Positions 8,224 to 16,196 of a DNA stretch of 64,000 nucleotides are shown piece after piece. Origin of the DNA: Candidatus Woesearchaeota archaeon (GTDB lineage: Archaea; Nanobdellota; Nanobdellia; Pacearchaeales; GW2011-AR1); contig CAYZYU010000002.1 of assembly GCA_964482915.1 (NCBI GenBank), forward strand, positions 3,339-67,338, written 5' to 3'. The notes beneath the pieces are model-generated. The model had not been told where the DNA came from. It ran no database searches and saw nothing but the letters and a program-made list of their open reading frames with translations. The position numbers and the translations under genes were made by a program. Each line of letters starts with the position of its first letter. Position 1 is the first letter of the stretch.

Positions 8224-8709
8224 TTATTCTTTGTCCTCCTCTACTATTTTCTTCTTCGAAACTTTTTTATCTTTTAAAGTTATTTTATCTTCAAGCTCAA
8301 CAGGCACAATATATGAAGGGCTATCAACTGCACTTCCATTAACAAGCACTTTTTTATGTGTAATTAATTGTCTAGATTGTTTAGGTGTTGATGCAAGTTT
8401 TTTTTCAACAACAATTGTTTGAAGTCTTCTTTTAAGATAATCTTTTTTATCTAAAGATAATACACTAGATATTGAATTTACTTTTAGACCCATTTTATTT
8501 AATTTGTTGAAAAGTATTTGTTGTTCTTCAGGCTTTGCAGAAATAAGTCTCTTTGCTTTCTCTCTTATAATCTTTATTTTAGCTTCTGCCTTCCATATTT
8601 CCCTCTTGTTTTTCAATCCAAATTCTTTTACAATACCCACTTCTTCTTCTATCCTAGCTTTGTCAAAAGGTCTTTTAGGCCTTGAATATATTTTATGTTT
8701 TCTTTTCAT
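8224..8709 (-). CDS. rps4: 30S ribosomal protein S4 (uS4)
   Basis: Archaeal uS4 pattern (KNKREIWK...LDKKDYLKRRLQTIVVEKKLA...SPSYIV), located between S13 and S11. Confidence 0.85.
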   Translation of the reverse strand: MKRKHKIYSRPKRPFDKARIEEEVGIVKEFGLKNKREIWKAEAKIKIIREKAKRLISAKPEEQQILFNKLNKMGLKVNSISSVLSLDKKDYLKRRLQTIVVEKKLASTPKQSRQLITHKKVLVNGSAVDSPSYIVPVELEDKITLKDKKVSKKKIVEEDKE

Positions 8710-8715
8710 TTGATT

Positions 8716-9261
8716 TTACTTTCCCTTCATTGTTGCAGCTGAAATATTTTTTGATGGTGAAGCTTCTTTAGATTTTTTCTTAATTCCTGAACCTTTCTTT
8801 CTGTTATGTCTGAAATGAGCCTTAGTTCTTTGTCCTCTTGTAGGAAGACCTGCTGTATGTCTTAATCCTCTATAGCTCTTTATCTTCTTTAGTTTCTTAA
8901 TATCAAAGTCTTTTCTTAAATCTAGGTCAGTTCCTGTAAGATGTTTTTCTTCACCTGTTTCAATATCTTTTCTTCTATTCATGATATATCCAGGAATTGT
9001 TGGATTTTTAATAAAATTAGAAATCTTTTGTATTTCTTCTTCAGTAAGAGAACCAATAGTCTTATTCTTGTCAATCTTCAGTGTTTTGCATACTGCATTT
9101 GAAAATGCCCAAGAAACTCCTTTTATTTTTGTTAATCCAGGATATACTTTCATTTTTCCTTCAATATCTTTAGATAAAATTCTAACTAATCTTTCTTCTC
9201 GTTTTTCTTGAGGTTTTACATATTCTGGTTTTACGTGTTGGGGTTTAATGTTCTCTGCCAT
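8716..9261 (-). CDS. rps13: 30S ribosomal protein S13 (uS13)
   Basis: RILSKDIEGKMKV...GLRHTAGLPTRGQRTKAH is uS13. N-terminal VKP-repeat extension. Confidence 0.85.
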   Translation of the reverse strand: MAENIKPQHVKPEYVKPQEKREERLVRILSKDIEGKMKVYPGLTKIKGVSWAFSNAVCKTLKIDKNKTIGSLTEEEIQKISNFIKNPTIPGYIMNRRKDIETGEEKHLTGTDLDLRKDFDIKKLKKIKSYRGLRHTAGLPTRGQRTKAHFRHNRKKGSGIKKKSKEASPSKNISAATMKGK

Positions 9262-9262
9262 C

Positions 9263-9805
9263 TTATGCCTTGTTTGTGAAAAGATTGTATCTTTCTATAT
9301 TTGTTAATTCTTGGAATATTCTTTTTTCAACAGCCTTTTCAGGATCAGGAAGGTTCTGTATTCTCTTCTTCATGTCTTGGAAAGATTCGAATCCCATTTC
9401 CTTTCTTTGCTTGAGTATTTCCTGCATATGTTTCTTGCCTAATCCAGGAAGCATCTCTATCTGATGTATCCTTTTGTTGATTGCATCAGACTTATTGAAA
9501 AATTCAACAAATTCCTTCTCTCTTTCTTTAACAATTTGCTTTATAAATTCTCCTAATTGCTGTTTTGCAGTCTCAGTTAGCTTTTCTCTGTGTAATCTTC
9601 CAAGAATATAATAAACCTTGTCCCTTTTTCCTTCGCCGATATAAACCTTCTCTCCAATCTTTAAATCAACACCTCTTCTAGGAACAAGTTCAAGAAGCAC
9701 TAAAGTTTTCTCTCCTATAGCCTGTGCTATAGGCATCATTTTCTTTTCTAAAGGATAACCATTCGGAAGATATTCTAAGACTATTGCATTTTCTTCTTTT
9801 TCCAT
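9263..9805 (-). CDS. conserved archaeal DUF655/COG1491-like predicted nucleic-acid-binding protein
   Basis: VLEYLPNGYP...GEKVYIGEGKRDKVYYI pattern and position between rpoF and rps13, the conserved archaeal L21e-RpoF-DUF655 neighbourhood (established knowledge). Confidence 0.5.
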   Translation of the reverse strand: MEKEENAIVLEYLPNGYPLEKKMMPIAQAIGEKTLVLLELVPRRGVDLKIGEKVYIGEGKRDKVYYILGRLHREKLTETAKQQLGEFIKQIVKEREKEFVEFFNKSDAINKRIHQIEMLPGLGKKHMQEILKQRKEMGFESFQDMKKRIQNLPDPEKAVEKRIFQELTNIERYNLFTNKA

Positions 9806-9810
9806 TTTCT

Positions 9811-10116
9811 TTATTTAAATTCTTTAATTGTATCGAGTATATTTTTTGTTTCATTCTCATCTAAGCTGACATCAATAAAAATTTTATTAACCTCCTCAGC
9901 TTTTTCAGGGAGAATATCTATCAATTTAGTAATTGTTATATCATTCATCTTTAATATCTTTAATTCTTCTAGTTTTTTTCTAAGTTCTTTAGCTTCTTTT
10001 GGGCTTATTTTGACAAATTTCTTTATAAAATCTGCAGCAGGTTTTTCAGATTTCTTGTCTTTTTCTATATATTCCAAAGATTCTGCCATACTTAAGGGAG
10101 TTGTATTTCTTATCAT
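9811..10116 (-). CDS. rpoF: probable RNA polymerase subunit F (Rpo4/Rpb4-like)
   Basis: 101-aa acidic helical protein directly downstream of L21e and upstream of DUF655, the canonical position of rpoF. Sequence similarity itself is weak. Confidence 0.45.
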   Translation of the reverse strand: MIRNTTPLSMAESLEYIEKDKKSEKPAADFIKKFVKISPKEAKELRKKLEELKILKMNDITITKLIDILPEKAEEVNKIFIDVSLDENETKNILDTIKEFK

Positions 10117-10117
10117 T

Positions 10118-10378
10118 TTATTTCTTATTCTTTATCTTTTTTAAGTGTATTGGAGAGATTATAAATTCTTTTTCTTTAGTTTGATCTTTTATTTTTACAC
10201 AATAGCTTCTTCCTCTCTTGCCTTCTACTATCCCGGTTCTTCCCTGAAGTCTTTTTGGGAAAGTCGGGTTTAAGGATGCTTCTGCAACAACAGTCACAAA
10301 ATCTCCTTTTTTTAGGTCTTGGAAGTATCTACTAAATTGGAGTTTTCCCCTTGTCCTTATAGATTTTCTATTTGTCAT
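10118..10378 (-). CDS. rpl21e: 50S ribosomal protein L21e
   Basis: TRGKLQFSRYFQDLKKGDFV...RLQGRTGIVEGKRGRSYCVKI resembles eL21. Short (86 aa). Confidence 0.75.
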   Translation of the reverse strand: MTNRKSIRTRGKLQFSRYFQDLKKGDFVTVVAEASLNPTFPKRLQGRTGIVEGKRGRSYCVKIKDQTKEKEFIISPIHLKKIKNKK

Positions 10379-10415
10379 ATTATACCCATAAAATTTCCAT
10401 TTAAAAAACTATCCT

Positions 10416-10670
10416 TTACATAAAGCTGATTCTAGAATTCCCTAATTTTGGAGGTGGTTCACTTGAAGAGATATTAGAGTTACATAAGTCTCCTTTATCA
10501 TTTGCTTCACCCATATTTCTTAAGATAGCATTAAACATTTTCTCTCCCCAAACGCCTACTCCGCATCTATTACAAACATCTAGTGCTCTGTCATCATTAA
10601 TATCCGCTTTGCAATAAATACATTTTTTTGCCATTTTTACTCTTTTTTGGTTTAATGAATTTCCTAACAA
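10416..10670 (-). CDS. small zinc-ribbon protein
   Basis: CIYCKAD...CNRCG is a CxxC-x14-CxxC ribbon. The true start may be the internal MAKK at 10634, giving 72 aa. Confidence 0.35.
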   Translation of the reverse strand: MLGNSLNQKRVKMAKKCIYCKADINDDRALDVCNRCGVGVWGEKMFNAILRNMGEANDKGDLCNSNISSSEPPPKLGNSRISFM

Positions 10671-10742
10671 AAATTAGTTTTTAAATTTTTGTGTATTTAG
10701 GGATATAGTAAGTTTTAAAAATCTCCTTTCAACATTATTTAT

Positions 10743-10940
10743 ATGATAATACCAGTTAGATGTTTCTCATGCGGGAAACCAATAGGCCATTTATGGGAAG
10801 AATACAAAAAACGAGTAGCTCAGGGTGAAAGCTCAAAGAAAGTCTTAGACGAGCTAGGGCTTGATAGATTTTGTTGCAGAGCAATTTTCTTAGGACAAGA
10901 AGATCATCTTGAATTAGTTGCTAAGTTCAAGAAATCATAA
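10743..10940 (+). CDS. rpoN: DNA-directed RNA polymerase subunit N (Rpo10)
   Basis: [21 protein letters not shown]...[14 protein letters not shown] is the Rpb10/RpoN zinc-bundle signature. Confidence 0.85.
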   Translation: MIIPVRCFSCGKPIGHLWEEYKKRVAQGESSKKVLDELGLDRFCCRAIFLGQEDHLELVAKFKKS

Positions 10941-10971
10941 GATTTAATTAATTATTTCTCTTAAAATATCT

Positions 10972-11718
10972 ATGCAAATAGAATTTTATGAAGAATTTCC
11001 AAACAGGAAAAACCTTCAAAAATTGAAGTTAATAAATTTTCCTTCTAAGATATTCCTTGCAGCAAAGTCTCTTGAAGAATTCCAAAATTATGAAAAGATA
11101 GCTAAATCTTATAAAAAAGACTTGAAAATAGCTTATTGGCCAATTGTTAAAAATTCTTATTGGGTCTCATCTTTCTCAAATACAAAAGATTTAATAAAAT
11201 TGTCTTCAGAATTGGATACAATAAAAAACTCTTTGCTTATTGATCTTGAATTGCCTCTAATCAGAAGGTGGAAAATGTACTTGAAGAACATATTCTCTTC
11301 GAGAAGAAACAAAACAATTATTAGAAATTTTATCCTTAAAAATAAAGACAGAATAACCACAGCAGAATACCCCTTTGCATCTACTTCTAGATTAATGAAA
11401 TTAATTGGATTAAGTTACGAGATAGATTATGAAAAGAGTATAATGTGGTATTCAAGCATGATTTCAAAAGCGTATAATAGAAAGATAAAGAAATATATTA
11501 TAGGAATAAAAGATAAATCTAATTATTCTGTTTCTTTAGGAGTTATTGCAAGAGGGATTCTTGGAAATGAAAATATTTTATCCCCTAAAGATTTAGAGAA
11601 AGATATAGAATTTATCAAAAATGCCGGTTTCAATAAAATTATTATCTTTAGACTTGGAGGATTAAATAAAGAATATGTTAAGATTTTAAATAAATTTGCA
11701 AGCAGAAAAAAAATTTAA
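10972..11718 (+). CDS. hypothetical protein
   Basis: 248-aa Lys/Ile-rich ORF, no recognisable family. Confidence 0.3.
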   Translation: MQIEFYEEFPNRKNLQKLKLINFPSKIFLAAKSLEEFQNYEKIAKSYKKDLKIAYWPIVKNSYWVSSFSNTKDLIKLSSELDTIKNSLLIDLELPLIRRWKMYLKNIFSSRRNKTIIRNFILKNKDRITTAEYPFASTSRLMKLIGLSYEIDYEKSIMWYSSMISKAYNRKIKKYIIGIKDKSNYSVSLGVIARGILGNENILSPKDLEKDIEFIKNAGFNKIIIFRLGGLNKEYVKILNKFASRKKI

Positions 11719-11771
11719 GAAAAAACTTACCTTTGAATTTGGAAATTTTTAACTTAACTTTTAAAAAAATT

Positions 11772-11886
11772 TAAGACAGCTTGCTATTTTCCCATCTTTC
11801 CGGACAGTACTGATAACAACATAGGTTGCTTAACTTCTGTGTTCGGAAAGGGAACAGGTGTTACCAACCTATTATGGCCGTCTCGA
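11772..11886 (-). rRNA. rrf: 5S rRNA (stand-alone)
   Basis: Reverse complement reads ...GACGGCCATAATAGG...CCGAACACAGAAGTTAAGC...GCAAGCTGTC. It contains the universal 5S loop-C motif CCGAAC-N-GAAGTTAAGC, and helix I closes by pairing GACGGC with GCTGTC. TATA-like box on the minus strand about 25 nt upstream. Confidence 0.75.
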
Positions 11887-11902
11887 AATTTCAATAATCT
11901 CT

Positions 11903-11926
11903 TGATTTATAAACCTTTTTATATAC
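11903..11926. promoter_or_regulatory. back-to-back TATA-like boxes serving divergent 5S rRNA (minus) and tRNA-Leu (plus)
   Basis: TTTATAAAC (reading on the minus strand) about 22-29 nt upstream of the 5S 5' end. TTTATATAC on the plus strand about 30 nt upstream of tRNA-Leu. Confidence 0.4.
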
Positions 11927-11954
11927 AGAATTTCTTGAATTTTAGCTTGATTTT

Positions 11955-12038
11955 GCGGGGTTGCCGGAGCGGTCAAACGGGCGAGATTAAGGCTCTCGTA
12001 GCTTAGTGCTTGCACAGGTTCGAATCCTGTATCCCGCA
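11955..12038 (+). tRNA. tRNA-Leu (class II, long variable arm); anticodon reads AAG
   Basis: Acceptor GCGGGGT/ATCCCGC, anticodon stem CGAGA/TCTCG with loop TTAAGGC, 15-nt variable arm, T-arm ACAGG-TTCGAAT-CCTGT, discriminator A. A34 is unusual, so the anticodon call is tentative. Confidence 0.75.
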
Positions 12039-12115
12039 CTTTTTGTATTGTGTATCTAAATATCTATATTTAATAGTGAATAAATCCTTAAAAGAGAGCA
12101 TTCTTCTTTAATTCC

Positions 12116-13081
12116 ATGAGAATACTTGTAACAGGAGGAGCAGGATTTATAGGAAGCCACCTTTGCAGATTTCTTTTAGAGAAGGGACATTATGTAATTT
12201 GTTTGGATAATTTTTTTACAGGTAGAAAGAGAAATATAATCAGTTTGCTGAATAATTCTAAATTTAGGATTGTTCCTCATGATATAACTGATACTCAAGT
12301 AAGAATTGATCAAAAGATTCCTGAGGGGGTAGATCAGATTTACAATCTTGCATGTCCTGCTTCTCCTATTCATTATCAATTTGATCCTATAGAGACAATA
12401 AAAGCAAATACTGTTGGGATGGTTAATGTTCTTGAATTTGCAAAATTAAATGGAGCTAGAGTCTTTCAAGCTTCAACCTCAGAGGTTTATGGAGATCCAT
12501 TTGAACACCCCCAGAAAGAATCTTATAGAGGGAATGTCAATACTTTAGGACCAAGAGCCTGTTATGACGAGGGAAAAAGAGTTGCAGAAACTTTACTTAT
12601 GGATTATCATAGAACATATAATATTCCAGTAAGAATAGCAAGAATCTTTAATACATATGGAACAAATATGGATAAAAATGATGGAAGAGTAATTAGTAAT
12701 TTTATCATTCAGGCTTTGTCAGGAAAATCAATCACAATTTACGGAGAAGGGAATCAAACAAGAAGTTTTTGTTATGTTGAAGACTTGGTAGAAGGAATGT
12801 ATAGGATGATGAATCAAAACATTACTACCGGACCAATAAATATTGGTAATCCTGGAGAGTTTACCATAAAAGAACTTGCTGAAAAAGTATTGAAGATGAC
12901 TCATTCAAACTCTAAGATAATATATGAAAGACTGCCGGAAGATGACCCCCTTCAAAGAAAACCAGATATTTCTATGGCAAAGAAAATATTAAAATGGGAA
13001 CCCAAGATTAATTTAGATGAAGGCCTGTCCAGGACAATCAAATATTTCAAGGCAATAAATGGATCTAATTCTTCTAAATAA
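12116..13081 (+). CDS. uxs: UDP-glucuronate decarboxylase (UDP-xylose synthase), SDR family
   Basis: Near full-length similarity to UXS: [65 protein letters not shown]. Confidence 0.85.
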   Translation: MRILVTGGAGFIGSHLCRFLLEKGHYVICLDNFFTGRKRNIISLLNNSKFRIVPHDITDTQVRIDQKIPEGVDQIYNLACPASPIHYQFDPIETIKANTVGMVNVLEFAKLNGARVFQASTSEVYGDPFEHPQKESYRGNVNTLGPRACYDEGKRVAETLLMDYHRTYNIPVRIARIFNTYGTNMDKNDGRVISNFIIQALSGKSITIYGEGNQTRSFCYVEDLVEGMYRMMNQNITTGPINIGNPGEFTIKELAEKVLKMTHSNSKIIYERLPEDDPLQRKPDISMAKKILKWEPKINLDEGLSRTIKYFKAINGSNSSK

Positions 13082-13130
13082 GAGCCTTATATAGTAGTTT
13101 TTTTAAATAACTCCTCTTTTTAATAAATAT

Positions 13131-13205
13131 GCGTCCGTAACTCAGCTTGGATAGAGTACCTCCGTCCTAAGGAGGGAGTCGAAGGTTCAAATCCTTCCGG
13201 GCGCG
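13131..13205 (+). tRNA. tRNA-Arg (anticodon CCT)
   Basis: Acceptor GCGTCCG/CGGGCGC, D-stem ACTC/GAGT, anticodon stem CCTCC/GGAGG with loop GTCCTAA, T-arm GAAGG-TTCAAAT-CCTTC, 75 nt. Confidence 0.8.
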
Positions 13206-13259
13206 CTTCATTTTTAAGGGATTACAACAATATTTAAGGTTAAATCCCTATTTCTTCTT

Positions 13260-13589
13260 ATGCCTTTCAAAGATGTTTTAGTTAGAAGAGAGTATAGAAG
13301 AAAATGGTATAAGGAAAATAGTCTGGGTCAAAGGAATTCTGTTAAAAGAAGAAAAAAGAAGGTTCAGGAATGGTTTATGAAATATAAATCTAATTTATCT
13401 TGTTCTAAATGTGGAGAGAATCATCCAGCAACAATAGATTTTCATCATAAGGGTAAAAAAGAAAATCAAGTTGCTCAGATGGCTCATTGGGGATATGCTA
13501 TTGAGAATATTAAAAAAGAGATAGATAAATGTCAGATTTTATGTGCTAATTGCCATAGAAAGGTTCATTGGAAAAACAAAAACCTTTAA
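13260..13589 (+). CDS. stand-alone HNH endonuclease
   Basis: CSKCG...HHKG...CANCHRKVH is an HNH/His-Me finger motif. 109 aa with basic N-terminus. Lies between two tRNA genes. Confidence 0.6.
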   Translation: MPFKDVLVRREYRRKWYKENSLGQRNSVKRRKKKVQEWFMKYKSNLSCSKCGENHPATIDFHHKGKKENQVAQMAHWGYAIENIKKEIDKCQILCANCHRKVHWKNKNL

Positions 13590-13617
13590 AACACCTTCCA
13601 GATATAAAATAAGATAT

Positions 13618-13688
13618 GCGCTGGTGGTTTAATGGTAGAATCACTGGCCTCCAACCAGTAGGTCCGGGTCCGATTCCCGGCCGGCGCA
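13618..13688 (+). tRNA. tRNA-Gly (anticodon TCC)
   Basis: Acceptor GCGCTGG/CCGGCGC (Gly-typical), anticodon stem ACTGG/CCAGT with loop CCTCCAA, T-arm CCGGG-TCCGATT-CCCGG. Position 33 is C rather than U. The ORF-track start at 13616 is a translation of this tRNA. Confidence 0.8.
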
Positions 13689-13705
13689 TTTTAATAAATA
13701 ATAAA

Positions 13706-14611
13706 ATGGAAGAACATCAAGATAACGAGACACATGAAAGAAAGAACTGGCATGATAGGTATTATAAAAAATTATTAATAATCCCTCTGGTTTTACTTGT
13801 TTTCTCTTTAGTTTATTTAGGAATATTTTATTCTCAACATAAAGATTTTATCTTGAAAGATATCTCTTTGACAGGAGGAACTTCTGTAACAATAAATGGT
13901 AAATTAGACACCTCTTCTTTAGAAAAAGAAATGTCCTCTGAATTTGGAGAAGTTAACATAAGAATAGTTTCTGATTTGATAACTGGAGAGCAGTTAGCAA
14001 CAATTATAGAGACAACTGCAACTAGTGATGAAACAAAAGCATTTTTAGAAGATTATCTTGGTTATGAACTTACAGAAGAGAACAGTAGTTTTGAATATTC
14101 TGAATCTTCTTTTACTCAAGACTTATATAGGCAATTAATCTTAGCACTTCTTTTAGCATTCCTTCTTATGACTATTGTAGTATTCATCCTCTTTAGGAAT
14201 TTGGTTCCTTCACTTACTGTTGTCTCTTGTGTTTTAATTGATATGATTATGACAATAGCTCTTGTAAATATTTTAGGAATAAAAGTATCCACAGGAGGGA
14301 TTATAGCCTTTTTAATGCTTATAGGTTATTCTGTTGATACAGATATTCTTCTGACAAATAGAATATTAAAAAGACATGATGGGACTTTAAATCAAAAAAT
14401 AAAGGGTGCATTCAAGACAGGAATTACAATGACCTTGACTTCCTTGTTTGCAGTTCTTGCAGCGATGTTTGTTGTCAAATCTTTTTCTGCAATTTTAACA
14501 CAGATTTTCTTAATAATCTCAATAGGATTATTTTTTGATATAATTAATACTTGGATAACAAATGTTTCAATACTTAAATGGTATATACTGGCTAAGGAGA
14601 AAAGAAGATGA
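13706..14611 (+). CDS. secF: protein-export membrane protein SecF
   Basis: Start moved to ATG 13706 (MEEHQ) because the upstream portion is tRNA-Gly. LTGGTSVTING followed by a multi-TM RND-like domain. Translationally coupled (ATGA overlap) to secD. Confidence 0.75.
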   Translation: MEEHQDNETHERKNWHDRYYKKLLIIPLVLLVFSLVYLGIFYSQHKDFILKDISLTGGTSVTINGKLDTSSLEKEMSSEFGEVNIRIVSDLITGEQLATIIETTATSDETKAFLEDYLGYELTEENSSFEYSESSFTQDLYRQLILALLLAFLLMTIVVFILFRNLVPSLTVVSCVLIDMIMTIALVNILGIKVSTGGIIAFLMLIGYSVDTDILLTNRILKRHDGTLNQKIKGAFKTGITMTLTSLFAVLAAMFVVKSFSAILTQIFLIISIGLFFDIINTWITNVSILKWYILAKEKRR

Positions 14612-16146
14612 ACAAATTAGGTTTTAAGATATGGCTTTTTATATTTGTATTTTTATTAGCAATTGTTTCTATATTTGTCTCTTCCAATGGAATAACTCTC
14701 TTTCAGAAAGGAGTTTTAATCACAAGTGTTGAACAAAATTCCTCATCATTTGATTATGGATTAAGACAAGGTCAAATAATAACTGCAATTGATGGAAAAG
14801 TCATAGAAGACATTGTAGATTACTCAAATTATATTCAGGGAAAATTTCCCTCTGAAGATGATGTAAAAACAGTAATAACTACAAAAGAAGGAGATATTGT
14901 TCTTTATTCGGAAGATGCACCAGAAATAACTATCTCTAAAATTCCTAAAACAAATATAAAAACAGGATTAGATTTATCTGGAGGTGCAAGAGCAATAATC
15001 GGTGCTGAAGGAAGAGAACTTACAAGTCAAGAAGCAAACGATTTAGCAGAGATAATAGAGAACAGGATTAATTATTACGGTCTCAAGGATATAAAAATTT
15101 CTCCATTTTCAGATTTATCTGGCAATAATTATATTAGAATAGAAATTGCAGGAGCAACTCCTAAAGATTTGAAATCTATGATAGAAAGTCAAGGTAAATT
15201 TGAGGCAAAGATAGGAAACGATACTGTATTTATTGGAGGAGAAAGAGACATTGCATCTGTTTGTAGAAACGATGCTACTTGTGCAAGAATAGAATCTTGT
15301 CAGCAGGATGGTGCAGGAACTTCTTATTGTAAATTTATATTCACAATTTATTTAAGTGAAGAAGCAGCAAAAAGACACGCAGATGTTACTAATAATGTAA
15401 GCATAAATTCTTCAAATCCAGAATATCTTTCATTACCTTTAGATTTATATCTTGATGACGCTCTTGTAGAAACCCTCTTGATAAGTAAGGACCTTAAAGG
15501 GCAGGTTACAACTCAGATTGCAATATCTGGTTCAGGTTCCGGTCCAACAGAAGAGGAAGCATATGATGCAGCAGAAGAAAATATGCATAATCTTCAAACT
15601 ATTTTAATCACAGGAAGTTTTCCTTATCAATTAAAGATAATGAAACTTGATGTAATATCTCCTAACCTAGGAACCAATTTTACTAAAGCAATTTTTATTG
15701 CAGGTTTTGTAGCTCTTTTTAGTGTTGCTGTAGTTGTCTTTGGTAAATATAGAAAATTCAAACAATCTGTCGCAGTTCTTTGTATGGGATTATCAGAAAT
15801 AATAATAACTCTTGGCGTTGCAGCATTTTTAGATATAAATCTGGATTTGTCTGCTATAGCAGGTATTCTTGCAGCAATAGGTACAGGAGTTAATGATCAG
15901 ATTGTTATGTTGGACGAAGCAAAGAGAAAAACATCTGATTCTAGTATCAAATCAAGAATAAAGAATGCATTTGAGATAATTGTAGGAGCCTATTTAACTT
16001 TAGTTGCAGCAATGATCCCTCTTTATATTGTTGGTGGAGGATTACTTAAAGGATTTGCCTCAACAACTATCATTGGATTAACTTTAGGTATTTTAGTAAC
16101 AAGACCTGCCTTTGGTGAAGTATTAAAGAGAATGGAGAATAATTAA
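14608..16146 (+). CDS. secD: protein-export membrane protein SecD
   Basis: GLDLSGGARAI motif (SecD GLDLRGG), large periplasmic-like domain, six C-terminal TM helices. Confidence 0.8.
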   Translation: MNKLGFKIWLFIFVFLLAIVSIFVSSNGITLFQKGVLITSVEQNSSSFDYGLRQGQIITAIDGKVIEDIVDYSNYIQGKFPSEDDVKTVITTKEGDIVLYSEDAPEITISKIPKTNIKTGLDLSGGARAIIGAEGRELTSQEANDLAEIIENRINYYGLKDIKISPFSDLSGNNYIRIEIAGATPKDLKSMIESQGKFEAKIGNDTVFIGGERDIASVCRNDATCARIESCQQDGAGTSYCKFIFTIYLSEEAAKRHADVTNNVSINSSNPEYLSLPLDLYLDDALVETLLISKDLKGQVTTQIAISGSGSGPTEEEAYDAAEENMHNLQTILITGSFPYQLKIMKLDVISPNLGTNFTKAIFIAGFVALFSVAVVVFGKYRKFKQSVAVLCMGLSEIIITLGVAAFLDINLDLSAIAGILAAIGTGVNDQIVMLDEAKRKTSDSSIKSRIKNAFEIIVGAYLTLVAAMIPLYIVGGGLLKGFASTTIIGLTLGILVTRPAFGEVLKRMENN

Positions 16147-16196
16147 TATCTTTCTTATACCCAAATTCTTTTAAATTATTCATTTTAAATAAGAGT

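Noticed and set aside
352-9464. Short overlapping ORFs in the region: opposite strand 352..543, 1024..1230, 1883..2104, 3300..3506, 4272..4457, 6500..6730, 8981..9211; same strand in alternative frames 1137..1352, 1617..1820; antisense to ribosomal genes 7849..8052, 8216..8422, 8504..8713, 9270..9464
   Set aside because: Each is embedded in or overlapping a longer ORF with clear homology or signal-peptide structure. Low-complexity composition typical of AT-rich random ORFs.
11719-12115. Possibility that the structured region at 11772-11886 is a plus-strand tRNA with an intron or an SRP/RNase P RNA
   Set aside because: The reverse complement has the 5S-specific CCGAAC-N-GAAGTTAAGC loop C motif and 5S helix I pairing. 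No tRNA cloverleaf could be drawn on the plus strand.
13616-13705. ORF-track start of the 331-aa ORF at 13616 (MRWWFNGRITGLQPVGPGPIPGRR...)
   Set aside because: These 30 codons are the tRNA-Gly gene translated. The SecF start was moved to ATG 13706.
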